NCBI GenBank assembly: GCA_001724245.1 | Contig: MEDX01000026.1 | Coordinates: 1 to 41,904 of the forward strand | Length of the DNA: 41,904 nucleotides | Source: Fonticula-like sp. SCN 57-25 | Taxonomy: Eukaryota | Direction of reading: 5' to 3' | In this document: one piece after another, positions 13,592 through 27,426 of the stretch | Layout: each line of letters starts with the position of its first letter | How positions within the stretch are numbered: the stretch's first letter is position 1 | Made by a program: the position numbers and the translations under genes | The notes under the pieces: generated by a model | What the model was told of the DNA's origin: nothing | Databases searched by the model: none | Seen by the model: the letters and a program-made list of their open reading frames with translations, nothing else

Positions 13592-15988
13592 ATGTTTGCG
13601 TCGGCGGACGATGTGCTGCGGCACTCGTGCCACTCGCCCTGGCGCGATCTCGGCAAGTATGCGTCGCAACTATTGTCTGTACGTGTAGTTTTGTTTCCTT
13701 GTTCGTTTTTTGCTAAAATTTGAAAGATTGATGAGCCGGATGCACCGCCTCCGAAGCGCGCGCGACATGCTCCTCCCTCGGCGGACATGCTCGTCGCATC
13801 CAGCGCTGCCACGCCTGATCATCAAGAGCGCACTGTGAAGAGAACCGTTTCTTCCTCTTCTCCAGTCTCGCCTTTCCAACAGTCTTCTGCTGCACCGCTG
13901 ACTGCGGCGGATCACGCCTTTGTCATGTCGTATTCGCAGTTGACATCGCCGTCGGCATCCGACGTGGCCCGTTACGCCGCTCTTGTTCCGCGCATTGAGC
14001 ACGAGCAGGCTGCGTACCTTACTCACCTGAGCACCGCCACTGCGAGCGACGCGGCTGCGACACAGCGCCTTTCCTTTCTTGATGCGCGCGTTGATGCCGC
14101 CGTCCGGAAGCGCATCTCCCACCGCCGCGACACCGCGCTCAGTTTGTACCCTCGCTACTACGAGACGGTATGGAAAGCCCCTATCGAGCCGGTCAAAAGT
14201 GACCACAAGGAAGAGCCGACGCTCCGCCACGCGCAGTCCCTCTTCCGAACCGGCCACTGCGTCAAGCTCAAGACCACGTGCCCGACACACCTTCCTTCCG
14301 ACATCGACGCCGGCTCGGGCACCGCCGGCGGCGTCGCAAGCGCCGACCTCCTCGTCAAGGTACGCCGCCATCCACTTTTTTACTTACTTACCCTTCCACG
14401 TGGCAGCACGTCATGCCGGTCGTCAGCGAAGATCCCGTCGTCGCGCACCTCCTCGCGTCGCCCGGGATCAGCCCCAGACTCTGCCCCGACCTCGTCCTCT
14501 CTTCGTCGGCGCTTTCGGCGCTCATCGCCGCGACGGTCAGCGGCGCCGCCGAGTACGACATTCCAATTGTGGCGCGCGTCGAGGCAGGGCGGAAAGTTGT
14601 TTTTTTGGACAAGCCGATCCCGCACGCGCGCCACTCGGTGAGGGAAAAGAACACGCTCTATTACAAGGCAGCGGTCGGGGCCACGTGTATGGAGAAGGAG
14701 GGCGGTTTGCAGTTTGCGTCGCTGGAAGGTGCGGCACTTGTGGTGCGGGTTGGGGCTGACGCGGCGCAGCGATGCTAGTGGACCATGAGGGGGCAAAGGA
14801 GGAGGACGGCCACGTGAACGAGGCAGAGGAGGGCGAGGCGAGGCCACGTACGCAATATTGGCCATGTGGTCGAGTTTTTGTATATATTTGTCTCTTTGTA
14901 TCTTTTGATTTTTTTTTTGGTTCATTTTTGTGTCATTTTCACCTTTTTTGCCCCGTTTTGCCGCATTTTTGGCCATTTCCCGTCTTTTCTGCCCCATTTT
15001 TTAACTCTTTTCCCTATTTCAGCGCTTTCTCCGCTTCGCAGCCTTGACGCTTCCGTTTCCTCCCCCGGCAACAACCTCACCTACAACCTCTGGACCTTTG
15101 GCGGCCTCTCGGTCCTCATCCGCTGCCGCATCCACGGCGTCGTCGACGACCCGTCATCCTCCTACAAGCAAAAGCGCATGATTGGCCTCGGCGTCAAAGT
15201 CCACATGGGTGGTCACGTGACAAGTCACGTGGGCGGCATTGGCACGCTCGACGCCGTAACCGAGGAGGAGCGCGCGCGCTGGTGGGTCGGGACGTACATC
15301 CGGCCCGACGCGCACATGGTCGTCGGTACGAACCCTGGCCACGTGGGAGAGAATGAGAATGCTGACGTAATCAAATAGCGAATGTTGACCCTTCGTCGGC
15401 GTCGCTTCTTTCGGTGACGCGCCTGGACATGCCGACGCTGCTTGCGCCGCCCGCGCAGACAATGCAGGGCGCGGCGGCGAGGTTTGACCCGACGGCGAGC
15501 TGCGCGAAAATGTTTCCCTTATTGGAAAAGCTCGCGGGGGTTGCGCCGGGGAGTTATGTGCTGAGTAGGGCGGCGGGGGCGCAGTACGCGGTGCTGAGGA
15601 AGAGCGTCGAGGCGCAGGACGGCGACAGAACGTGCGTTTTTTTTTGGTTTTTTTTTGGGGGGTTGACTACTTTTCTGTTCTTTTTTGTCCTTTTTTCTGT
15701 TTTTTTTTTGGCTTTTTTCTGTTTCTTTTTTGCTCTTTTGCTATGCAAACTGACAAGTTTGCGTTTAGGTTGTTTGATTTGCACCAGCGGTTGCAGACGT
15801 GCGGCGCAACGTCGGGCGTCGTTCAGTTTGCGCTGCCAGAATGGAAGGGGAATCCGGGGCAGATTCCGTATACGTTTCCTGTCCACGTGGGGGAAGCGGT
15901 AGCGGCGGGGTCGGCGTCGACAAGTCCGACAGGGAAGAACAAGAAGAATAGGAAAGGGCCGCATAAGAAGGGGAAGAAGGGGCGCTGA
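13592..15988 (+). CDS. ICE2: Little elongation complex subunit 2 (ICE2/NARG2)-like
   Basis: About 7 exons joined by GTRCG..AG introns. Motifs KVVFLDKPIP..VREKN, NLTYNLWTFGGLSVLIR, TEEERARWW, LAGVAPGSYVLSR and GQIPYTFP follow the order of NARG2/ICE2 conserved blocks. Confidence 0.72.
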
Positions 15989-16241
15989 TCGTGCGACCTT
16001 TATATGTATTTTACCATTTTTATTGTAATATTTTAAGCATATTCAATCATATTCAAGTAGGACAATTGACGCATTTACCTAAAAGTGTATTGCATTGCAT
16101 TTGCATCGCTCACTCGCTTTCGCACCTTTTTTTGATCAATCTATCGCATTTTTGGTAAATTTGTAAATTTGATCTTGATTTTGATTGGCAGAATTTATGG
16201 ATTAATTCCCAAATTGTCCGCGTGGCGTAGGGTGACGGACG

Positions 16242-17566
<1,325 letters not shown>

Positions 17567-17677
17567 TTGAGTTTTTTGTGTATTTGATAAACATGTCTGT
17601 TTAATAGATCGATAGTAAAGTGACAGGAGAATGAGGAGAGTAGTCGTATGATAGTATAATTATCACATATGAGGGAT

Positions 17678-17842
17678 AAGAGACACACATACTCATATTG
17701 TCACACCATATATGTCACACAGCACATGTTCATAATACTGTTTGATATGGTGTACAGTATCACAAAAATGACTGACAAGAGACACATATAGTCATATTGT
17801 CACCCATATGTCATACAGCACATCATAATACAGTTTGATATC
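17678..17842. repeat. Imperfect direct repeat (two ~70-bp copies, ~100-bp period) between convergent KRR1 and KIF16B
   Basis: agacaca..catattgtcac..catatgtca.acagcacat..cataatac.gtttgatat appears twice. Confidence 0.75.
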
Positions 17843-17946
17843 TATGCTCGTGTATGTCACAAAAACCATTCTTCTACAGTGAAAATCATACTTTCACCGA
17901 TATTACTTTATAATTATAGTTTTCTATTGAAAAATGATACAAAACC

Positions 17947-20900
17947 TTACCTCCTCTTTGCGTGCGCCTCTGCCGCCTCATAATCCGGCGACAAAAACGG
18001 CAGCGCCTCACACAGCGCCTGCTTTGTCGGATTCCTTTCCAGCGGCGAGTGCGGCTGCTGCATCAGCGCCGCCACAACCCCTCTCATGTACACTTGAAGC
18101 CGCTCGCGGCGCATCTCGACCACCTCGGGGTCGCGCGCGCCGACAAGTGTTTTCTTGGGAAAGTGTTTGGCCACGTGGGCAGGAAGGAGTTGACGGATGC
18201 GTGCGTGGAGGTCGGCGAATTGGGAAAAGCGGCGAAAGACTTGCCAGGCGTTGTTTTGGAGGGAAATGGCGATCTGGTAGACGTGGTAGGGCTTGCCGTG
18301 TGATTGGACGAGCTCGACGCGGGGGATGAGCACTTGAATTGTGGGGGCATTTATAGTTTGCGCTTGCTGTAGGAGTGTTAGAAGTGGAAAGGAAGGAGGG
18401 AAAAGAGGAGAAAGAGGGAAAAAGTGGTAGGAAAAGAATCAAAAAAAAAGTGCACAAAAGTAGTTCAAAATGACATAAAAGTAGTCCAATTGAAAACAAA
18501 TAAAATAATAGTGGTACATGGACACATTGACACAAAAATCATAAATTGTCAACTATCAACTATCAATACACCAATAACACTCTTCACTCTTCCTTTCTTA
18601 TCGTACCAGCTGCTGCTGCTGAAACTCTTTCACACGCGAATCAAATGCACGCTGCATCGCCTGCCTCTCCTCCTCTGCCCTGCTCTCCATCTCCTTCCTC
18701 ACCTTCTCCTCTATCGCCATCTTTTCCTCCTCCGCCGCCCTCGCAATCCTCGCCCTCTCCTCCTCCAGCGACCTCTTTTCCTCCTCATGCTTGACGAGCA
18801 GCGCGCTCTGCTGCTGCTCAGCTTCCCTTCTCATCGCCTCAATCTGCATCGCAAGCGCTTCCTGCTGCGCCTCTGCCGCTTCGCGCTGCTCTTCCGCCGC
18901 ACGTGCTTCTGCGGCGGCAATTTCGGCCTTGCGCGCTTCTTCTTCGTCGCGCTTTGCCTGCTCCATTTTGGCGAGCAGCGCCGCCTGCTGCGCTTCAGAC
19001 TGCGCTTTTAGAGCTTCAAGCTGCTCTTGAAGCGCGCGCTGCTGCGCCACCGCCGCGGCTTCCGCCGCAGCAGCTTCGCGCGCCTCTGCTTCCGCCGCCG
19101 CGGCGCGCTGCGCTTCAATTTCGGCGCGCTTGGCTTCCTCTTGCTGAGCGAGCAGCGCCGCCGCCTGCGACTCGGCCTGCGCTTTCAAAGATGCAAGCTG
19201 CTGCTCGAGAGCCTGCCGCTGCGCTTCCGCCGCCGCGTGCGCTTCCGCCGCCTCTGCCGCGCGCTTTGACTCGACTTCGGCGCGCTTTGCCTCCTCAATA
19301 TGGACGAGCAGCGCCGCCTGCTGCGCTTCCGCCGCCGCGCGCATCGCCTCAAGCTGCTCACGAAGCGCGTTTTGCTGCGCTTCGGCGGCCTCGCGCTGCT
19401 CTGCGGCGTCACGTGCGTCCGCCTCGGCCTGAATGCGGCGCTGCTCTGCTTCAATGAGCGCTGCCTGGCGGCGCTCGGCCTCTTCCTCGGCGGCGGCGAG
19501 CTGCAAAAGGTGCTTTTCGCGCTCCTCGTCGGCATCAAGCGCCAGTCCTGCCGGCCACGTGGCGCCCGTGCGTGCCGACGGCGACGACATGACGTCCTGG
19601 TACATTTCGTCGCGCGGCATGTTTGACACTGCCGAGTAAAAGGGGGAGCCGTGCGAGGACGGCGTGGGGGAAGCGATGCCAAAGAGGGACGCGAGGCTGC
19701 CGGAAGGGACGCTCGAAAGAACGCGGTCTTTTTTGGCGCGGGCGACGTCGCCGGGGTGGTTGAAGCGGAAGAGGTGCGTGCGGCCGAGCGCGACAAAGTG
19801 GCCTTGTTGGAGGCGAGTGCGCTCAAAGATTTGGCGGCCGTTTACAAAGACGAGGGGGGTGTCGGCAGAGGAAATGGAGGCGTCATCGTCAGAGTCGGTC
19901 GCGGTGTCGGCATTGGCGTGGCCGCGCGCGGCACTCAAAAGATCATTTGCAGAAGCAGCATCAGCAGAATCAGTCGAATTTGCCGTTAAATCAGTCGAGT
20001 TTCCGTCCAAATCAGTTGAATCAGAGATCAAGGAAGCGTCCAATGCAGCAGCCAAGTCAACTTCATTCTCGTCGTCTTTACCTGCGCCAATGACGGGCGA
20101 AATGTAGACAATATCAGCGTCATGTTCAATAATGGCGTGCGCCGGTGCGACGTCTTCCGAGTCGAGCACAATATCCTGCCCGTCGGCACTTGACCCAATG
20201 CGCGTGACGCCCAGCGGCAAGTGGTACAAAAGCACGTCCGAAAAGCGCGCGTCTTCTGTCATGTTGACAAGGTGCGGCAGGCCGCTTTCCTCCATTGTGA
20301 CGGCCTTGCCGACCGTCCGGAAAGAGTTGAAAAGCTCTTCTTGGATGCGCTCGGATTCGCGGCGGCGGTCCTCCCAGCTCATGCTCATTTCTTTGATGAG
20401 GCGCTCGCTCTCGAGGAGCTGGTCGCGGAGCTTGCTTACTTCGCCGCCAGAGGCGTCGGGGGCGGAAGTACCACCGCCGGATTGAAGCTGGTCGCGAAGT
20501 TTGGCAATCTCTTCTTTCAGCTCTATGGGAAAAAAGAGGAAAGTAAGTGAAAAGTGGTGGGAAAGTGCTGGAAAAGTGCGGGAAAATGCAGGAAAAGTGT
20601 GGGAAAAAGAGCGCAAATAACAAAAAAGGACCAAAAAATGTGTCACAAACGCATAAAAACAACAATTATATACAACAAAAATAAAACACAAAAATCGTGT
20701 AACGCACCGCGGATGACGCGCGCCGTTTCGTCCTCGTTGACGACGGCCTTGTTGACAATCTGCTTTGCACTATCAGCATACCGCAGCGTGCTCAACGTCT
20801 CCTCGTAATTGGCCGCGGCCGGACTGAGCGTGGCAATCATAATAGTCTTGCTGTTTCCGCCGAGGTTGTCCTTGATGAGCCACGTGAGCACCGAGTCGCG

Positions 20901-21963
20901 GTACGGCACAAAGATGGGCGACTTTGTCTTTGCGTCGGCGCCGCTGCGCTCCACGAGCGCCTTGATGACGAGGCCAAGCGTCGTCAGCGACTTGTTAATG
21001 TTGGCGCCTTCCTTGAGGCGGTCACCCGTCGTGCCGCTCTTGCCGGCGCGCTCACTGCCGGCAAGGTCGACAAGGCTGATCTTGCTTACTTTTTCGCTCT
21101 TGAGGTTGAGCTCGGTCTTGATCTGCGTGAAGATAATGTTGAAAATGGCGTGTGAGCGGCTCGAGACGGCGTTCATGGACGTCGCGGCGACGGTGCGCGT
21201 CATGTTGCCTTCCTCCATAAGGCGGAGGATCTCTTCATGCGTCGACACAAGAAGCCTGAGGGCGGTGTTAGGGGTCAAAAATTCTCCAAAGAAATGATCT
21301 CGCGTACTTTGAAAGGTCCTCGACGTAGGGGCCGAGCACGGGGTGCTCGCGCACGCGCAGGCTGTGCGTCGAGTTGGCCGGGTTGAGGAGATCCCGCACC
21401 TTTTCGTTGTAAATTTCCATGTAGCTTACTTCTACCTTGAAGGCGATCGTCGGATCCGTGTTGCTGTTGATCTTGTCAAAAATGGCCTCGCACAAACGCG
21501 GGATGATTCCCTTGTCCTGCGGCGTTCCCATCATGCTGTACGACTTGCCAGAACCGGTCTGGCCGTACGCAAAGATGCACGCATTGTAGCCGGCCCACGC
21601 TGCAGGCACAACGTGGCGTCAGCAAAGGAGCGGCAAACAATCAAACGGAAAACGAACCGTTATCGAGGACTTCCTGTCCAAGGTCGGCAAAGACTTGCTC
21701 CTGCGTGATAAAGTGCGAGTCCGAGGCGACGGACGACCAGTACGCGTGATCAAATGTGAACGAGCGCACATCTTCGGCCTTCTCGGGATTGGTCAACAAG
21801 GTCTGGTTGCCCTGCATGCGGACAACCACCTTTGAGTTGAGCTCTCGCTCCCTATAAAGGCATACATGTTAGAGAACTCAGAGCCGCATGGAGACGGCGC
21901 GATCGGCCAAACGCACCGATCATTGACCGGCCGACATCGGACGGCGACCCGCACCGACGACAT
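17947..21963 (-). CDS. KIF16B: Kinesin-3 motor with FHA, coiled coil and C-terminal PX domain (KIF16B-like)
   Basis: [52 protein letters not shown] (PHLVN..TRIGS..FRFNHP). PX ([32 protein letters not shown]). Five GT-AG introns. Confidence 0.9.
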
Positions 21964-22299
21964 GCTGTGGTACGCTTCGACAACAAGTGACCGGATGCGA
22001 TTGGTAGATAATCCAAGAAAAATAAATGCAATGTCACGTGTTTTATAAGGTTGTGATTGGTGCAAGGTGGCCAATCGCCGCTGTTTATCAACAGCTTGTT
22101 GTCAGGAAGGCAGCTGTCTCTACTGCGGGGTCTTTGCGTCAAGAGGACTGTAAGACGCACGGTAGCGTGGTGCTGGGCATCAATTACCGCTTGCTTGAGT
22201 CAGCCTCGTTTGCCTGTTTGGTTATCGCTGCTTGCATCTTCCTTCCTTTGCTCGGCTCTTTCGATTGGCTCTTTCTCGTTGTTTGTTTATTGTTGAGCC

Positions 22300-25200
22300 A
22301 TGTCGATGGCGGCAGCAACCACCAACGAGCGCCGGACGAGCCTTTTCCGCCTCCCGCGCCGCTCGATAGATCTGACTGACGACGACTATATTCCCCCCTC
22401 GGCGCTCCCCACGAATGTCGCCGCGCCCTCGTTCAAGAATCCGCCGGTCAAGCCAAACAAGAAGCTTGCGAGCAAGAAGGCTGCTGCTGCCGCTGCCGCC
22501 GCCGAAGCCGCGAATGGCGATGGCCTGGACGACTCTGACGAAGAGACTGTTCCGCAGAGCTCCAACGCCAACATTGCGACAAAGATCCAGCTGACGGTCC
22601 GTATGCCGCCCAAGCGCCGCGTCGAAGTGATCCGCCTATCCCCCTACTGCATCGTGCAGGATGCCATCGCGCTGCTGATGCGGGAGCACAATCTGCCCGG
22701 GATCCCGTCCGACTACCGCATCTGCCGCATTGACGACCCGACGCGCCTCGCCGCTTCATCGTCTTCCGACCTGGACCTGACCCGCGGATCGCCCGCCTCT
22801 CTGCGCAAGGACAGCAGCAACAACAGCAGCCCCGACATATCTGCCTCGCGTCGCAAGGGCAGCAAGCAGTCGACCAAGGCGTCGTCCCCGAGCGCCGTTG
22901 CCACTGCGACCGCGGCGGCCGTTGCTTCGACGCTTATTGAGGACCGCCGCATGTCGCTCGGCGACGGCGACGATCGCTTCTGGCTCGACCCCCAGCAGAC
23001 CTTTTACCAGCAGCACCTCAAGAGCGGCGACGAGCTGTCGCTCAAAAACACCAAGGAAAAGCTGACTGTGCAGGTCGTTCGCCCGCCGAACCGCGCCGTG
23101 TACTCTTTCAACCACGAGTTTACCACGACTGTGCGCGCCGCGCTCGCTGCGCTCCTGTCGTCGACGCCCGACGTCGAGGTCGACAAGTACGGCTTTTACT
23201 ATGCGATGCGTGGCATCTGGCTTGACGGCAGCAAGCCGCTCGAGTACTATGACATTGAGCCGCAGCACATGCTCGAGCTGCGCCTGCTGAGCCAAGAGTT
23301 CCTCCTCAAGGTCCGCCTGCCCGACGCCATCCACCAGAACACGGTGATGCTCAAGGTCGTCAAATCGCAGATGGTGGGCGAGCTCGTCAACATGATCCAC
23401 AGCAAGGTCAATGTCGAGGGCGTCAACCAGTACGCGCTCTACCACAACGGCCGCTCCATGTGGCTGGACGAGTCGCGCACGCTCGCCGACTATGACATTG
23501 AGATCAGCGCCATGCTCGAGTACAAGAGCAAGTTCCGCCCCTTTACGGTGAACGTTGTCAGCGAAGAAGAAGAAGACGGAAAAGAGGCGCGCGTGCGCCC
23601 AATGACCGTGCTCATTGACCACAACGCCTTTCTCGGCGACGTCATTGAGCTCGTCCGCGACGGCCTCGCCGTCCTCCCCCACGCCACCTACGCCCTTTTC
23701 GACCAGTCTGGCGAGCAGCTCAAGCCGTCCGACACTGCCGACGTGCTCATCGCGCCCGACACTGGCCTCGCGCGCGACCCGCTCGAGCTGCGCGCCGTGC
23801 CCGTCACGTACATGGTGACGCCCTCATACGACCTTGGCGCGCGCGTGGCCGTGCAAGTTAGCCCGCTGCGCACCGTCGCGCGCATTCTGCCGACGATTCT
23901 TCGCCGCCTCGGCGTGCGCGAGGCCGACTTTGACTCGCTCTCGACGTACCGCGGCGTGCGCATCGTGCCCGACCGCACGCTTCAGCAGCAGGGCGTGCAG
24001 CCCACCGAGCTGCTGCTGCTGCGCTGCAAGGGCGACGGCTGGGAGCCCGTGCCCGCCGACGCCGTCGTGGAGGCCGGCGATGAAGGCCTGAGCATCTGGG
24101 ACGAGCCGCGCGACTCTGACGCAAACATCCTCATGGACAGCGACGACCCTGACCACGTGGCGTCCGGCTCGGTGAACAAGCTTGTTGAGCGCCTGACGTC
24201 TGACACGTCGCACGACTTCCACTACATCAAGACGTTCCTCATGACGTACCAGTCGTTCATGACGCCCGAGCAGCTTTTAAATAAGCTCGCCGAGCGCTAC
24301 AATGTGCCTCGCCCGCAGCACATGAGCTTCCACGACTTTGACCGCACCTACCGCAAAAACATCCGCATCCGCGTGCTGGTCGTGCTCAAGCAGTGGGCCG
24401 AAAAGTTTTCCTACGACTTTGTCGACGGCACCACCCTGACACCGTTCGCCGAAACTGTTCTTGGATACGCACGTGACGTACTGCTTCAGGATGACCCCAA
24501 GTTTGCGCGCTCCTTTATCGCCGGCATTTACCGCCTTCGCGAGGGCCCGCAGCGCCCCAAGGACTACATGCACACTGAAGCGCCGCCGCCGCGCATCCCG
24601 AGCAAGCCCGACCCGACTGTCTTTGACTATCACCCGCTCGAGATTGCGCGCCAGCTGACGCTCATGGAGTTCGAGCTGCTCGCCGCCGTCAAGCCGCCAG
24701 AGTTTCTCAGGCAGGCATTTAACAAGGCGACCGCGCAGGCAAAGGCGCCAAACATTCTGCGCATCAGTCAGCGCTTCAACCGCATTGTCCTGTGGGTCAT
24801 TCGGATGATTCTCATAAAGGACAATGTCAGAAAACGCGCCGCGCGCTTTGCAAAGCTGATTGAAGTGGCCGATCACCTGCACGCGCTGCGCAACTTTTCC
24901 ACGCTCATGGCGTTTGTCGCGGGGTTCAATAACGCGGCGATTGTGCGGCTCAAGCACACGCGCGCAGAGCTGCCGGGCAAGGCGGTGAAGCGGCTCGAGG
25001 CGCTCGAGGCGGTTATGAGCGCAGAGGCGTCGTATAGGGAGTACAGGCAGCAGCTGCAAAACAGCCCAACTTCACGCATTCCATACATGTACGCATTGCA
25101 TTAGTAGTTTTAAAGGGATTTTCTGTACTTTTTGGGCTAACAAAAGTTGATACAGTGGCGTTCATTTGGCGGATTTGACGTTTATTGATGACGGAAATCG

Positions 25201-25441
25201 CGACCGCGTCGGCGGAAACTTGATCAACTTTTCAAAGCGGCGACTTGACTATAGCGTCATTTGCAATATTCAGATGTACCAGGCGAGCGAGTATAACCTG
25301 GCAGACTATGAGGACTTGCGCAATTTCCTGACGCACATGATTGATGATGATGCTGAGCAGCTTGATGTGCTGGAGAAGCAGCTGTACGAGAGGAGTCTCG
25401 AGGTCGAGCCGCGTGGCGCAGACCGCGCAAACATCCTTTAA
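22300..25441 (+). CDS. RasGEF (REM + CDC25) with N-terminal tandem ubiquitin-like/talin F0-F1-like domains
   Basis: REM (SGSVNKLVERLT..FLMTYQSFMTPEQLL) and CDC25 (EIARQLTLME..NFSTLMAF..IPYIGVHLADLTFIDDGN..INFSKRR..SLEVEPR). Intron 25089-25155. Confidence 0.92.
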
Positions 25442-25849
25442 AAGGCTGTTGAAGGGGTTCTTTCGACGCATTTCATGTCTTTTTTACCTGATTTTTCCTT
25501 TTTCTTACTTTTGATTACATTATATCGAGTAATGCGTTGTTTGCCGGCATGGCCGTGCGTATCCATCCACAGTATTCCACTGTACTACTACACTATTGTA
25601 TGCAAAGAATAAACCTGTCATACCTATAGTGCGGTGACATAACATGCAACAATACTTCAGTATGGAATATGATAATAAATATGGTCGTAATTATATACTC
25701 TATGACATCTATGGAACATTGTGAGCCATATTGTATGACGTTGTCCATTTGTCCATACTACCCCATCCCAATGTGCCCATTTCTTCAATTTTTCTACATA
25801 TTATTATCAGTTTTGGTTAAACAAGCGTGCTAATCCCTCGGCCTTGCAT

Positions 25850-27282
25850 TTACTTGGCCTCGATGGTGGTACCCTTGAGGATCTGACCCCATCCAATAAG
25901 GCTAAAATACATGTTAGCATCAATACCAAATGCCGCTTTTAAGCGTACCGCCAGTGCTTGTCGATACGGCGCGAGAGCGCGATGCGCTCGCCGACCTCTG
26001 TGCATGCGGGCGACGTGAGTGAAATCTTTGCGAGCTCTCCCTTGACGGTGACGATGCGGCCGCCGGTGGATGTTGACCCAATGTTGACCATGAGCACCTC
26101 GCCCTTGACGAGCTTTTGTACCTTGCTCTGCTTGGCGTCCTCTGTCTTGACACCGAGAAGGCGCCGCAAGAGGAAGACGCTGACCTCAATGTCGGTGAAG
26201 ATCGGCGGGAGCGCGTCGCCCGTGCCGAGCACCTGGCCGACGAGACGATCGGCGCGGCAGAGGGTGGGGTCGATCTTGGTGCCGACGCCAATGAGGCCGC
26301 CGGGGACGGCGAACTGGAGGTCGTTCTGCTCAGTGTAGAGCGACACGATGCGGCTGTGGATCGGGCGGCAGCGGTGGCGGCCCTCGGCGTCCTTGCTGAC
26401 GATGCCGGGGCGCACCTGGATCTCGTCGCCAACCTTGAGCACGCCGCGCAGGATCGACCCGCCGGCAACGCCGCCCTTGAGCGACTCGACCTCGGCGCCG
26501 GGCTTATTCACGTCAAAGGAGCGGATAACAATAAGGCGCGGGGGGGACAAAAAGTCGCGGACGGGCGTCGGGATCTTTTTAATCATGTACTCGACAATCG
26601 CGTCCACATTGTACTTTAGCTGCGCAGAAATCGGGATGATCGGCGCGCCATCGGCGACCGTGCCCTTGACAAAGTTCTGGATCTGCTGGTGCTGCTCCTC
26701 CGCAACAGACTCCTTGATCAGATCAATCTTGTTCTGAAGAATGATAATGTGCTTGAGACGCATGATTTCGATAGCGGCAAGATGCTCGCTCGTCTGCGGC
26801 TGAGGGCAAGACTCGTTGCCGGCAATAAGGAGAAGCGCCGCGTCCATGACAGCGGCGCCGTTAAGCATGGTGGCCATGAGAATGTCGTGACCGGGGCAAT
26901 CCACAAAGGAAACATGGCGCTCGAGCTTCATGCGGCCGCCGCACTTGTCGCACGGCGGGGAATCCTCCTTGCCGCTGCCAAACGAGCGGTAGCAGTCTGG
27001 CCGCGCGCACTGCGCATTCGTGCACTTGAAGAGCTTGGCATTAGCGTAACCAAGCTTGATAGTAATGTTACGCTCGAGCTCGCTCTTGAAGCGAACCGTC
27101 TGCACGCCAGTGATGGCCTTCACAACAGTCGACTTGCCGTGAGCCACATGACCAATTGTACCAATATTAATCGTCGCCTGGCGAGAAATAACCTCGGGAG
27201 AAAGAGGCGTGAGCTCGTCAATCTTGAGCGTGCTCAAGTCCTGAGCCTTGAGCTTGGACTGAGGCTGCGATCCGTCCGACAT
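25850..27282 (-). CDS. EIF2S3: Translation initiation factor eIF2 gamma
   Basis: [36 protein letters not shown]. Intron 25948-25902 joins KHWR|LIGWGQI. Confidence 0.98.
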
Positions 27283-27393
27283 CTTGGCACAAGGAAGGCG
27301 GAGCGAGGAAAGACACACGCGGCGCTCATGACCATCAAATCATATTTCACGGTCATCATAACAATCGCGATCCAATTCAATCGCGATCCGTGC

Positions 27394-27405
27394 TTTGGCG
27401 GGAAA
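27394..27405 (+). promoter_or_regulatory. E2F-type site TTTGGCGGGAAA in the 144-bp eIF2g/MLH1 divergent spacer
   Basis: Consensus E2F element 22 bp before the MLH1 ATG. A direct repeat CAATCGCGATCC x2 lies just upstream (27362-27389). Confidence 0.5.
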
Positions 27406-27426
27406 CGCAAAAAAGCGCGCACCGCC

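Noticed and set aside
15632-15768. Phe-rich apparent transmembrane segments (also 14866-15040 and 20525-20691)
   Set aside because: T-rich introns bounded by GTRCG..AG; splicing restores the conserved protein.
17924-17950. Possible 27-nt terminal intron (GTAAGG..AG) in KIF16B, and a similar ~28-nt candidate at the end of the U-box gene (~5598-5625)
   Set aside because: Much shorter than the other introns here and lacking a branch point; in-frame stops already end both proteins after complete domains.
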